DNA of 64,000 nucleotides from Nostoc sp. GTDB lineage: Bacteria; Cyanobacteriota; Cyanobacteriia; Cyanobacteriales; Nostocaceae. Position numbers and translations under genes: made by a program. The notes beneath the pieces were generated by a model. It saw nothing but the letters and a program-made list of their open reading frames with translations. It ran no database searches and had not been told where the DNA came from. The stretch lies in the NCBI GenBank assembly GCA_036918135.1, contig JBALDB010000006.1, positions 1-64,000 on the forward strand. Reading direction: 5' to 3'. Positions 42,208-52,527 of this stretch are shown piece after piece; within the stretch, counting starts at the first letter, position 1; every line of letters starts with the position of its first letter.

Positions 42208-43617
42208 ATGAATTCGATTTTTTGGTGCGTTAATTCTACCTGGATTGTCTTAGCGGTCGCTATTTTTTGTCCAATAGCAAGTGCAACAACTCCCCCAAAA
42301 CCACAAAATTCCTCAAATTCTTTACAGGTTCCCGATTCCCTCAACCCCAATCCCAATCCTCTGCAATTTCCTACCAAGCCGCAGGAAGTACAGATTCGGG
42401 AAACTGTACCAATCAGTTTGACCCAAGCTTTGGAATTAGCACGACGCAATAACCGAGATTTACAAGCAGCCATCTTAGAACTAGAACGCAGTCGTTCAGC
42501 ACTACGCGAATCTCAAGCTACCTTATTTCCTAGTCTTGAACTTAACGCAAATCCGACTAACAATGGTAACGGTTTTAGAAACAGTTCATCTCAAGCCAGA
42601 ACCACTTTCACTGGTTCAGCACAAATAAATTATGACCTGTCTACCTCTGGTAACCGACAAGCTACTATTCGAGCTGCTGAGGAACAGTTACGCCTAGATG
42701 AATTAACTGTTGAAAGCCAATCTCTAGAAATTCAGCTCAATGTTACGACTGAATATTATGATTTGCAACAGGCAGATGAAGAAGTACGAATTAATCAGTC
42801 TGCTGTGAATAATGCCCAGGCGAGTTTGCGGGATACTCAAGCTCGATTAGATGCTGGAGTGGGTACGCGGTTTGATGTGCTGCAAGCTCAGGTAAATTTA
42901 GCAAATGCCCAACAACAACTGACTAATGCTATTTCGCAACAGCAAATTGCCCGTCGTCAACTTGCAACTCGGTTAAGTTTAGCCCAATCGGTTAATATCA
43001 CTGCCTCAGATCCTGTAGGATTGGCAGGTCTTTGGCAGCCAACACTGGAAGAAACGATTGTCCGAGCTTTTCAAAATCGTCCAGAATTACAACAGCAATT
43101 AGCACAACGTAATATTAACGAGCAACAACGACGACAAGCACTTTCACAGCTGGGGCCACAAATTGGTTTGGTAGGCAGCTACAACCTATTAGATCGCTAC
43201 AACGATGGAGTCAGCATTACTGATGGCTATTCAGTGGGAGGGCAAGTAAATCTAAATTTGTTTGATGCAGGAGCAGCAAGAGCGCGTGCAGCTCAATCGA
43301 GAACTAATGTTGCGATCGCAGAAGCTCAATTTGCTAGCCAGCGCGACCTAGTTCGCTTTGATGTAGAACAGTATTATTCTCAATTACAAGCTAATTTAAA
43401 TAATGTGCAAACTTCTAGTGTGGCTTTAAATCAAGCTACACAGGCTTTGGAATTAGCCAGGTTGAGATTCCAAGCTGGTGTCGGAACTCAAACAGAGGTA
43501 ATTGATGCCGAAAATGACCTGACAAGAGCACAAGGAAATCGAGTTACAGCTATTTTGGATTACAATCGCGCTCTAGCTAATTTACAAAGATCCGTCACTT
43601 CCAGGGCTTCGCGCTAA
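42208..43617 (+). CDS. TolC-family outer membrane efflux protein
   Basis: Signal peptide, SLTQALELA, AGVGTRFDVLQAQ, AGVGTQTEVIDAE; the upstream ORF extension is STRR-like sequence. Confidence 0.92.
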   Translation: MNSIFWCVNSTWIVLAVAIFCPIASATTPPKPQNSSNSLQVPDSLNPNPNPLQFPTKPQEVQIRETVPISLTQALELARRNNRDLQAAILELERSRSALRESQATLFPSLELNANPTNNGNGFRNSSSQARTTFTGSAQINYDLSTSGNRQATIRAAEEQLRLDELTVESQSLEIQLNVTTEYYDLQQADEEVRINQSAVNNAQASLRDTQARLDAGVGTRFDVLQAQVNLANAQQQLTNAISQQQIARRQLATRLSLAQSVNITASDPVGLAGLWQPTLEETIVRAFQNRPELQQQLAQRNINEQQRRQALSQLGPQIGLVGSYNLLDRYNDGVSITDGYSVGGQVNLNLFDAGAARARAAQSRTNVAIAEAQFASQRDLVRFDVEQYYSQLQANLNNVQTSSVALNQATQALELARLRFQAGVGTQTEVIDAENDLTRAQGNRVTAILDYNRALANLQRSVTSRASR

Positions 43618-43783
43618 AGTCGAATTATTACACAAAACCATCCATAGCTGTAGTCGAGATAGGGAAAGTAAAGTTTTCTCAGTATATATTTCTAAAGATA
43701 GAAGCTATTCACGAGATTTCTCTGTTAGCAATCAGTAACATTAGCCACAAAAACCTGATAAATTAAAAACTACAGAGATAAAA

Positions 43784-44194
43784 ATGGTGAATAAACGCGG
43801 CAACGCTGCAAATTTAATCCCCTATCTTCCAAAATGGCAACATTTACCCACTAAATCGATTCGCGTACCAGAGATGTTTGTGCAAAAGGTGTTGCAATAT
43901 GCTCGGCAACTAGATGCACAAAAACCAGATAAACGCATTGAAATTCGCCAAGACTTTGATGCAGTAGTAGTGATTGGCCCCTATGACCCAAGAGGTACTT
44001 TTCAGATCAAAGCCAGATCGATACAAGGATGGCGTTTTCATCGCGAGAGCGAGAGTTGGTGGTATCCTCTAGAAAAGATTGAAGAAGTTGTAGCAGTGTT
44101 TCCAGAATGGGTACTAGATGAAAATGCCAAAGCCGCGATCGCACTTATTCAAGCTAAAAGGGCACTCCAATGGCAATTAGAGGATTTAAACTAA
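43784..44194 (+). CDS. Hypothetical protein, RHH-like N-terminus and HARP-like C-terminus
   Basis: PKWQHLPTKSIRVPEMFVQKVLQYARQLD; GPYD...KARSIQGWRFHRESESWWYP. Confidence 0.7.
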   Translation: MVNKRGNAANLIPYLPKWQHLPTKSIRVPEMFVQKVLQYARQLDAQKPDKRIEIRQDFDAVVVIGPYDPRGTFQIKARSIQGWRFHRESESWWYPLEKIEEVVAVFPEWVLDENAKAAIALIQAKRALQWQLEDLN

Positions 44195-44244
44195 GATGAT
44201 TATTCAGCGAGCGTCCTGAAGATAGGGCATCATCCTAGATTTTT

Positions 44245-44358
44245 GGTGCGTTAGGACTAATTCCCATAAGGAACTGACAAAAAAATATCTCACTGTTGAC
44301 ACTCAATACTCATCAACTTCAAATGGGATAATTTATTTCTTGAAATTCCGTAACGCAC
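44245..44358. mobile_element. Family B element (44267-44352) inserted in a REP-like hairpin
   Basis: GGTGCGTTAGGACTAATTCCCA-TA-[AGGAACTG...AATTCCG]-TA-ACGCACC. Confidence 0.75.
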
Positions 44359-44400
44359 CTGATAAAACTGTCTTCTACTGAATCGGTGTCAATAGTTTTG

Positions 44401-44964
44401 ATGAAGCTGTATCTCCAAGTTTTTCTAACAATTACGATTATCTTTCTTACATCTTGCCAATCAACAGAAATTCCATCAAAATCACAACCTAACGCTACTC
44501 AAACAAGCGGCTCTCAAAAGATAGTGACTCTAGATAAAAATTTCCAGATAGCAATGGGTCAAACTATCTATGTTCCTGTCTATTCTCATATTTATCATTA
44601 CAATCGGCAGGAAGTTTTTGAGTTAGCAGTTACCCTCAGTATTCGGAATACAGATTTGAATAATCCCATCGTAATTACTTCTGTGCGCTACTATAACTCA
44701 GATGGAAAATTAGTTAAGCAATATTTGGAGCGACCGATTCAACTTGATGCCCTAGCTTCCACAGATTTTTTTATTAATAGAAATGATACCACTGGAGGTT
44801 TAGGAGCAAACTTTATTGTGGAGTGGGTAGCGCAAACAGAAATATCTGAACCTATAGTAGAAGCAGTGATGATTGGTACTGATTTTCAGCAAGGAATTTC
44901 TTTTACTAGTACTGGTAAAGTTATTAAAAGTCAAAATAATCAAAAGCGATCGCCTTCAAAATAG
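44401..44964 (+). CDS. DUF3124 family lipoprotein
   Basis: Lipobox LTSC, YVPVYSHIY, LSIRNTD, GGLGANFIVEW, PIVEAVMIG. Confidence 0.88.
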   Translation: MKLYLQVFLTITIIFLTSCQSTEIPSKSQPNATQTSGSQKIVTLDKNFQIAMGQTIYVPVYSHIYHYNRQEVFELAVTLSIRNTDLNNPIVITSVRYYNSDGKLVKQYLERPIQLDALASTDFFINRNDTTGGLGANFIVEWVAQTEISEPIVEAVMIGTDFQQGISFTSTGKVIKSQNNQKRSPSK

Positions 44965-45029
44965 ACTAAAATCAAGCACAAGGGAGAAAATCTTAAATAG
45001 GTACGTTAGGGGCTTTAGCCTAGATGGCA

Positions 45030-46028
45030 TTAGCGTTCACTATCTAGCATTTTCATTTGCTCTTCGTTGTAACGAGTGCCTGCGATCGCTTGTAATGGAA
45101 TTGCTGCTTCGATGCGAGTTAAGTCCTCTGAAGACAAGTTTAGATCGACAGCTGCTAACGCTTCCTCAAGTTGGCTTCGCTTGCGTGCGCCAATCACCGG
45201 AATAATATTTTTACTTTTAGTAAGTACCCAGGCAATAGCCAATTGTGAAGGGAGAATACCTTTATTTGCAGCAATTTGCTTTAACTCTTCGACTAGGCGC
45301 TGGTTTTGTGCTAAGTTTTCTGGGCTGAAACGTGGGAAGTTAGCACGGGAATCACCCTGTGTTGCTGGAATTGAGCCGCTCAGTAGTCCTCGTGAAAGAA
45401 CACCATAGGCAGTCACACCGATACCAAGTTCTTTTAGTACTGCAAATATCTCAGTTTCAGGACTACGGCTAATCAAGGAGTACTCTATTTGAAGGTCACT
45501 AATGGGATGGACGCTGTGTGCGCGCCGGATAGTCTCAACTCCCACCTCGGAAAGCCCGATGTATCGAACATAACCATCTGTCACTAAATCAGCGATCGCT
45601 CCAATGGTGTCTTCAATCGGAACTTGTGGGTCTAGTCTAGCTGGGCGGTAGATGTCGATGTGGTCTACTCCCAAACGAGCAAGACTATAAGTTGCAAAAT
45701 TTTTCACTGAGCTAGGACGCATATCGATACCAACCCATCCACCATCAGGAGAACGTAAAGCGCCAAATTTCACAGATAGCAAAGCCTTGTCCCGACGATC
45801 TTGGAGCGCACGACCAATTAGCATCTCATTATGCCCACTAGCATAGAAATCGCCAGTGTCTGATAGTGTAATACCGCGATCGATAGCTGCATGGATGGTG
45901 GCAATGCTTTCTTTATCGTCTGTTGAACCGTACACACCAGACATACCCATACATCCGAGAGCTAAAGGAAAAACAGTTAGACCTGTAGAGCCGACTTGCC
46001 GAGGTTCAACTTGATTTTCTGTAGTCAT
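45030..46028 (-). CDS. Aldo/keto reductase
   Basis: LGCMGMS, DTGDFY, YIGLSE, LQIEYSL, GLLSG, IPVIGA. Confidence 0.93.
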   Translation of the reverse strand: MTTENQVEPRQVGSTGLTVFPLALGCMGMSGVYGSTDDKESIATIHAAIDRGITLSDTGDFYASGHNEMLIGRALQDRRDKALLSVKFGALRSPDGGWVGIDMRPSSVKNFATYSLARLGVDHIDIYRPARLDPQVPIEDTIGAIADLVTDGYVRYIGLSEVGVETIRRAHSVHPISDLQIEYSLISRSPETEIFAVLKELGIGVTAYGVLSRGLLSGSIPATQGDSRANFPRFSPENLAQNQRLVEELKQIAANKGILPSQLAIAWVLTKSKNIIPVIGARKRSQLEEALAAVDLNLSSEDLTRIEAAIPLQAIAGTRYNEEQMKMLDSER

Positions 46029-46059
46029 ATTTGTTTTTTCAGTTATTTTGCGTCACTGG

Positions 46060-46204
46060 CGTTTATCAGTCATCAGTCGCAACTTCAAAGCCAGATAATT
46101 TATAGCCGTAGTCACACCCTTTAGGACATAATGACAAGCATGAATGCTAGGAATAGTAATAGTTCTACCTCCCGCCTCCTGCTATATTTCTTCGAGTTTC
46201 CTTA
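46060..46204 (-). mobile_element. Family A copy 4 (46101-46186) nested in family B copy 3
   Basis: AACTTCAAAGCCAGATAATT-TA-[TAGCCG...CCTGCTA]-TA-TTTCTTCGAGTTTCCTTA. Confidence 0.85.
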
Positions 46205-47755
46205 ATCATCCTCAAGTTTCAGCAATTGTTCATCAATAGTTCGTACCCGCCCTTGCACAATTTCTTCTGAAAGAATTCGCTTCCGCATTGCCTCATTGAG
46301 CGCTCCTTTTTCCGCCAAAAGTAAACGGCGGCGGATAGCATCTAGTTTACTGAGTTCGCCATTTTGGGCTGACAATTTCTCTGGACGGCGATTATATAAT
46401 TCCCGTAGTGCCTTTTCTGCTTTTGCGATTCGCACTTGATAAGCTGCACGCATCTCTTCATAAACGGCTTTTGGCAATACTCCTGATTTCAACAGGCTAT
46501 CTAATTCATCTTGTGCAGCTTTACTTGTCATCAACTCGGCTTGTAATTCTTCAATTTGCTGCTGAGCTTCTGAAAATTGAGATAATTTTAAGTGTTTTAC
46601 CACCCAAGGCAAACTTAAACCCTGTCCGACTAATGACACCAGCACACTCCCGAAGACTAAAGCAATAAGGATTTCTCGCCCCGGTAATGTTGTGGGTAGA
46701 CTCAAAGCCAGAGCCATCGAGAGTGAACCTTTAATATTGCCTAAAAACAGTAAATGTTTCCAGCGTAGGGGAATTGGACGGTCAAACCAACGAATTCCTG
46801 CTAGTAATGGATAGACTGTAAAAAGTCGTCCGACTTGATAAGCTAAAACTACAAATAGAATTGCAGGTAAAGTTTTCCAAAGTGTTCCCAAATCTATTTC
46901 TACACCAATCAGTAGAAAAATAAATGTATTGACCGTAAAACTGGCATATTCCCAGAAACTCAACAATGTGATCCGATTAGAAGCAGAAGTATTCCGAGAA
47001 AGTCCCAAATTTCCGAAAATTAGTCCCGCTACAACTACAGCCACAGCACCGGATACGCCTAGAGACTGACCTACCTGAAAAGTCCCTAAAGCAACTGCAA
47101 CTGTCAACAACAAACTGCTGAGGGCATCATCTAAACGGGCAAACACAGGTATGCTTAAGTAACCTAAGATTAACCCGACAACGCAGCCTCCCAGAGAAAT
47201 AAATAGCAGTTGTTCAATTCCTTCTAGTAATGTTAGTGAACCTGTGGAATATACTTGCGAAACCAGGTTGAACGAAACTAAGGCAGTTGCATCATTAAAT
47301 AAGGTTTCTCCTTCAACGATGGTGGAAAGCCGGGAAGGCACTGATATTTCCTTAAAGACGGCAATCATGGAAACTGTATCAGTGTTTGCCAGACTTACTC
47401 CCACAAATAAGGCAGCTATCCAACTTAATCCCAGCCCGAATTTTAATAGTACGGCAATAATTCCACTGGAAAGTAAAGCCCCTGGCCCAGCCAGCAGGGC
47501 AATTGGTTTAAATGTGCTGCGTAGGCGGCTGACATCAGTATTAATACCAGCTTCAAAAATGAGAATTGGCAGGAAAAGATTTAAAACCAAGGAAGGATTT
47601 AAACCAAGGGGACGAGACAACAATTCAGTAATTGGTAAACCTGCCAATACTAAACCAGTGACATAAGGAATTCTTAACCGTCGGGACAGCAAAGCTACAC
47701 CTGTAGCTAGCAGTAAGAGAATAATTGAAACTTTGACTAATTGAGTTACATCCAC
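46202..47755 (-). CDS. Na+/H+ antiporter, CPA1 (NhaP) family
   Basis: FLPILIFEAG, NTDTVS, VEGETLFND, FIFLLIG. Confidence 0.93.
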   Translation of the reverse strand: MDVTQLVKVSIILLLLATGVALLSRRLRIPYVTGLVLAGLPITELLSRPLGLNPSLVLNLFLPILIFEAGINTDVSRLRSTFKPIALLAGPGALLSSGIIAVLLKFGLGLSWIAALFVGVSLANTDTVSMIAVFKEISVPSRLSTIVEGETLFNDATALVSFNLVSQVYSTGSLTLLEGIEQLLFISLGGCVVGLILGYLSIPVFARLDDALSSLLLTVAVALGTFQVGQSLGVSGAVAVVVAGLIFGNLGLSRNTSASNRITLLSFWEYASFTVNTFIFLLIGVEIDLGTLWKTLPAILFVVLAYQVGRLFTVYPLLAGIRWFDRPIPLRWKHLLFLGNIKGSLSMALALSLPTTLPGREILIALVFGSVLVSLVGQGLSLPWVVKHLKLSQFSEAQQQIEELQAELMTSKAAQDELDSLLKSGVLPKAVYEEMRAAYQVRIAKAEKALRELYNRRPEKLSAQNGELSKLDAIRRRLLLAEKGALNEAMRKRILSEEIVQGRVRTIDEQLLKLEDD

Positions 47756-48085
47756 TATTACGTTTTAGAAAAGCGATCCTGACTGATAAATTCTCGCCTT
47801 ACTGCTGCCAAATTAGCAAGTTTAGATACATATAAAATCTTATTTACGTTTGAGTAGCTAATTTTATAGGATACAAACCTAAAAGATAACTTATTGCTAC
47901 AGAGAGTCGATGTTGGAGAAATGGTGAATACTGCCCTTGCTGGCATTGCCTCTCAAAAAGCTAGTTTTGATGCTTTTGTCGCAAGTGTAGGAGCTAGTAA
48001 GGCAAATCTCCAACGGTTGGCTATTTTACAACCTTTTAGCAAAAGATGAGCAAGCCCCCAAATCCTCCTATCTGTTTGTCTCCTC

Positions 48086-48172
48086 AAGCACTTCTCTCTA
48101 AAAAATATCCCACTGTTTACAGTCATTAGTCATCAACTTCAAACAGGATAATTATATTTCTTGGAATTCCCT
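48086..48172 (-). mobile_element. Family B copy 4
   Basis: AAAAATATCCCACTG...CATCAACTTCAAACAGGATAATTATATTTCTTGGAATTCCCT. Confidence 0.75.
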
Positions 48173-48251
48173 CATCCTCTGACTAAGGTGTGGGTTAGGA
48201 ACGTCGAACTTCTTCTATTTGACCAACTCAATAATTTTCCAAGATTAAGTC

Positions 48252-48608
48252 TTATTGCGGTTGTCTATAATTCTGTTGAAGTCTAAATTCATCCATCTCG
48301 CGTCTTTGTTGTTCTCTTAATTGGCTGGTATTAGGTTTTGTAAACGGTTGTTGTCTGATTTGATTCTCTATACGAAATTGTTCAATCCGCTGTTGTTGTT
48401 GTAGTCTGACTACATCTTGCTGCTGTCGAAATTGTTCCCACAGTTGTTGAGAAGATTGTGCTGGCTCCTGTATTTGTTGTGGCTTCAGCTGCTTTTGGTT
48501 TTGAGGTGTCGTCTGTGTAATATTTGCTTGCACAGGAGAAAAGCCGATCAAATCTATTGTCAAGACAATAAGTAGTAGCCCTGGTTTAACTATTAATGAA
48601 CGATACAT
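48252..48608 (-). CDS. Small secreted Gln-rich hypothetical protein (start uncertain)
   Basis: Hydrophobic segment ending SPVQA, then a Q-rich helical region with FRQQQ/FRLQQ motifs. Confidence 0.65.
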   Translation of the reverse strand: MYRSLIVKPGLLLIVLTIDLIGFSPVQANITQTTPQNQKQLKPQQIQEPAQSSQQLWEQFRQQQDVVRLQQQQRIEQFRIENQIRQQPFTKPNTSQLREQQRREMDEFRLQQNYRQPQ

Positions 48609-49206
48609 ACAGTTTTTCAAAGGTATTTTAGATTGGTAATATTGCTGAATGAAAATCCGAATTCCACTCTTGTCGGTAAATAAGTATTGTCTATCTTAAT
48701 TTGACTCAACCTGAGCTTTCTTTAGGACATCAAATAGTAATTTTGCTGCTCTGCTATCAAGCATGAGAATTTTTACCCTTTTTTATTAGAACACAATCAT
48801 CAGATGAGTGGTACTTCCTAAAGTTTATTTACCTTTCGATAGACCTATCAAATAACATCGAGTACAGCCTTAGATTAAATCGGCTAACCAACTGCGATCG
48901 CACCAATCCCAATCACCAGTAGTATGGTTTTGGAGATTCATTGTACCAACGATCGACAGTGGGTTATCAATTTCCATCGCTGCGAAGACAACCCAAACAC
49001 CACTGGGTAATTGTTGACGAAACAGTGGGACTTTATCAGAACAGCGGTCGGACGATACTATTATTATAGCTTTTTGTAGAGCAATCATTCCTGAATAGAG
49101 GCTGCTGTTGCCCTTTGAAGCAGTAACCTCTATCATTAGTACACCTAAGTCAGCCTTTTGAGGTAGACCATCCTATTTGTGTAAGAATGCAGCTGCTCAA
49201 TATTGT

Positions 49207-49235
49207 GTGTAGGCTTAGCCCGCCGTAGGCATCGC
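49207..49235. repeat. 21-nt SDR inserted in a HIP1-like octamer
   Basis: GTG[TAGGCTTAGCCCGCCGTAGGC]ATCGC. Confidence 0.75.
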
Positions 49236-49486
49236 TTACTCTACTTTTATGGGAACATTAGAGAAAATTTTAGTCCTTAAACAAGCACGCATTGAATATA
49301 AAAGATTTAACTAATAAGCTAGATTTCAAAAAAGCAAAATTAATTATTACAAAAACTACTCTTAATTGGACACTGCTAAATATTTTATTTATTAGTCTAA
49401 AATGATTATTTATTATCTAACAATTGTACATAATTTATGCGCTTTTTCTGACTCAAAATACTGAATTATTAGACACTTATAAGTAT

Positions 49487-50330
49487 TTAGCGCTCTAATT
49501 GAATACACACAAAAAGGTCAGTTGCATCTAGAAAAATATTATAAGGTTTTACACTATAAGCGTAACAATCGAGACTATTGATAATTAAGTATAAAATATC
49601 AGTACTCAAAACTGTAGAGTGTCCAAGTGCATTTAGCTATAAGTAATTAGAAGAAAATGGATCGATATTGGAAATAATATTAAATAAAACATACTTTTTG
49701 GCGTACTTGACCATTTGATTGACAATATACTCAACAAACAAGTTATATTGTCGTACTTTGGTTACTAAAACTCCTAAACCTAAGACAATATCAAATTTAT
49801 TTTTTGGATAAAAATCAGGATGAATAAAATTCTTGATTTCAAACTCTTTTAAAGGAAACTTCTGCTAAAGGAAACTTCTGCTTTGCTGCTGCAACAAAAG
49901 CAGGAACAATATCAATGCCTAAATATTTTAATTCATTAATATCCGGTAATTGCAAGGTTAAGTAATCTAGAAGTTCTCCTTTGCCACAACCTACATCTAA
50001 AATGGAAGAATTTGGATGAATTACAATATCTTCAAAGAGTTTATCAAAAACTTTAAAATTTCTTTGCTCATTTCTTTCACCAATACTTTTAGATGATGTT
50101 AATCCCTCCTTGAATACCAGTTGACTATAGTGTTTGCTTATATGCTGTCCGTCTTCTAACCAGATATTTATAAGTTCATCTGAGAATTTTCTCATCTTAG
50201 TATATGATGCGAAGTAAGAGTCTGTGAAAATAGATTGGGGACTGACAAATAAAAAATATCCTATCGCTTTTAGGAGATAGCGGCGGGGAATAGGAAGAGA
50301 AGTTTGGAGCAGAGGCTTCTTTTGCTCCAA
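49487..50330 (-). pseudogene. Class I SAM-dependent methyltransferase pseudogene
   Basis: ILDVGCGKG, YLGIDIVP; frameshift from a 16-bp tandem duplication (49850-49881); the restored frame gives KFDIVLGLGV... with a further TAG at 49637-49639. Confidence 0.85.
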
Positions 50331-50762
50331 ACTTCGGGGGCAAGAAATGTCGTTTTGATTCCAAAAATTCGATAAATTATTTTTTGCACTTCTGTGACTT
50401 TGAGATTTCAGTTCATAAGTCTTTATGCGTTAGGATGACTACAGTGTGGGCAAAATACTTAACTAAAATGAGTAATAAACTACTAAGTATATTTTGTTTC
50501 ACTTTATACTTATGGATAACAGTTTGATAGTCGCTCAAATTTATAATTACCGTTAGCAAATATCAGTTTATTGAATTCATAATTAGAAAAGGGTATTGTT
50601 AAGAATGATGTATTGTAACAGTTATCAATTATTGAGTTATCGATTTTGTCCCTTAGGTCAAAGTCTCCCATTATATGCCTTCATTTAGGACTATTTAGTA
50701 CTGACTGGTTTAAATCCCCGACTATACGCCTGTTTACTGTTCACTGTTCACTGATTTAAGTA

Positions 50763-52250
50763 ATGGAACCACCTAAAGAATCATCAAATTTTCGACAAAA
50801 GGCATTAGAAGGTGTATTTTGGTCTGCAATTCAGAATTGGGGACGCCAAGCGATCGCCTTTGTTGTTTTTGCAATACTTGCGCGTCTACTTGGGCCTGAA
50901 ACCTTCGGTTTAGTTGCTTCAGCAAGTATCTTCTTGGCCTTCATCGGGATTTTCCTTGACCAAGGATTTTCTGTAGCAATCATCCAACGAAAGGAACTAG
51001 AAACAGAACATCTCGATACAGCGTTTTGGACTAATGTTGGTATCGGCTTGCTGATGACAGTTCTCAGCATTGCAGGTGCTGGATTAGTTGCCAACTTTTT
51101 TTCTCAACCGCAGTTAACACCAGTCATTCGCTGGTTATCTCTCAGCTTTGTAATTATTACCTTGAGTAGTACACAAGAAGCAATTTTTCAACGCAACCTT
51201 GATTTTAAACCTTTAGCAATACGCGAACTGATAGCGGTGTGTGTTGGTGGGGTAGTTGGCGTGGTGATGGCTTTCATGGGCTTTGGTATTTGGAGTCTAG
51301 TTAGTCAGCAGTTAACAAATGGTTTGGTTCAGATTGTAGTTCTCTGGTCGGCCAGTAATTGGCGACCAAGATTCAAGTTTTCCCCAAAGCATTTCAAAGA
51401 ATTATTTACGTTTGGTATTAATGTATTAGGAACTCAAATACTTAACTTTGTTAATCGTAGATCTGATGACTTACTAATTAGTTATTTTCTCGGTCCAGTT
51501 GCTTTGGGTTATTACTCCGTTGCTTACCGCTTGCTGATAATAATTACCCAATTATTAACTGGTGTGACAAATCAGGTAGCAATGCCTGCATTTTCTCGGT
51601 TACAGCAAGAACCTGAAAAGTTGAAAAGTGCTTTTTACAAAGTAACGCAACTTACAAGCCTAATTTCTTTTCCTGCATTTTTGGGTATGGCAGCATTAGC
51701 ACCCGAATTAGTAAGAGTTTTGTTCGGAGAGCAATGGTTGCCAAGTATTCCAGTGATGCAAGTACTGGCTTTTATTGGTATTGTTCATTCAGTTAGCTAC
51801 TTCAACGGTACTGTCCTGACAGCAATGGGTAAACCGTTTTGGAAACTGAGGCTAAACTTTATGCACTCCATAGCAAACGTTATCGGTTTTTCAATTGCTG
51901 TACACTGGGGAATTGTAGCTGTTGCAGCAATTTATGTGATTCGCAGCTACTTATTGACACCTATAGATCTGTGGTTTATTCGTAAACTAATTGGTATTAA
52001 ATTAAGTGGTTATCTGCGCCAATATGTGATTCCATTAGCTGGAGTACTGGGTATGGTCTTTGTGATTTTTACAGCTAAGGAATTATTAAAAAATCTCATA
52101 AATGTACAAACATTATTAGCTGTTTGCATATTGTTAGGCGGTATAACCTATGTAGTGCTTATTGTATTACTTGCACCAAATATAGTACAGCAAATACGTG
52201 AGATTCTTAACCTATTTATATCTAAAAAATTTGGACAGAGTAAAAGATAA
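50763..52250 (+). CDS. Polysaccharide flippase (Wzx/MOP, WzxC-like)
   Basis: LARLLGPETFGLVA, AIIQRKEL, LGYYSVAY, PAFSRLQ, LFGEQW. Confidence 0.92.
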   Translation: MEPPKESSNFRQKALEGVFWSAIQNWGRQAIAFVVFAILARLLGPETFGLVASASIFLAFIGIFLDQGFSVAIIQRKELETEHLDTAFWTNVGIGLLMTVLSIAGAGLVANFFSQPQLTPVIRWLSLSFVIITLSSTQEAIFQRNLDFKPLAIRELIAVCVGGVVGVVMAFMGFGIWSLVSQQLTNGLVQIVVLWSASNWRPRFKFSPKHFKELFTFGINVLGTQILNFVNRRSDDLLISYFLGPVALGYYSVAYRLLIIITQLLTGVTNQVAMPAFSRLQQEPEKLKSAFYKVTQLTSLISFPAFLGMAALAPELVRVLFGEQWLPSIPVMQVLAFIGIVHSVSYFNGTVLTAMGKPFWKLRLNFMHSIANVIGFSIAVHWGIVAVAAIYVIRSYLLTPIDLWFIRKLIGIKLSGYLRQYVIPLAGVLGMVFVIFTAKELLKNLINVQTLLAVCILLGGITYVVLIVLLAPNIVQQIREILNLFISKKFGQSKR

Positions 52251-52314
52251 TTAGCAATTATAAAGTCGTAACTACACTGTAAAAAGTTGACTTTTCTTTT
52301 TGCGCTGTCTATAT

Positions 52315-52351
52315 CTGAAGTGGTTAAATAATTATTTTTCAACCACTTCAG
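52315..52351. terminator. Inverted repeat downstream of the flippase
   Basis: CTGAAGTGGTT-N15-AACCACTTCAG. Confidence 0.5.
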
Positions 52352-52527
52352 GCTCAAAGAACACACGAGATAAGTCACCAATCGCGGCTTTTGCCGATTA
52401 TATAATTTGTGGCGAGTAAAATTCTTTTCTATAAATTCTACTTTTCGGTGAAGTCGTCGGCTAAACGTCACGCTCCGAGAATTTTGCTATAGCAATTTAA
52501 TTTATTAGTAGTAATATAATGCCCGTT

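Noticed and set aside
444..47755. TrkA and the CPA1 antiporter as a formerly adjacent pair split by a 45-kb insertion
   Set aside because: The intervening DNA is core genes with no matching boundaries; would need synteny data
52400..52490. Riboswitch-like GC patch (GGAGCGTGAC...GCCGAC on the minus strand)
   Set aside because: Does not fit any riboswitch consensus I know and has no downstream gene on that strand; better explained as gene debris
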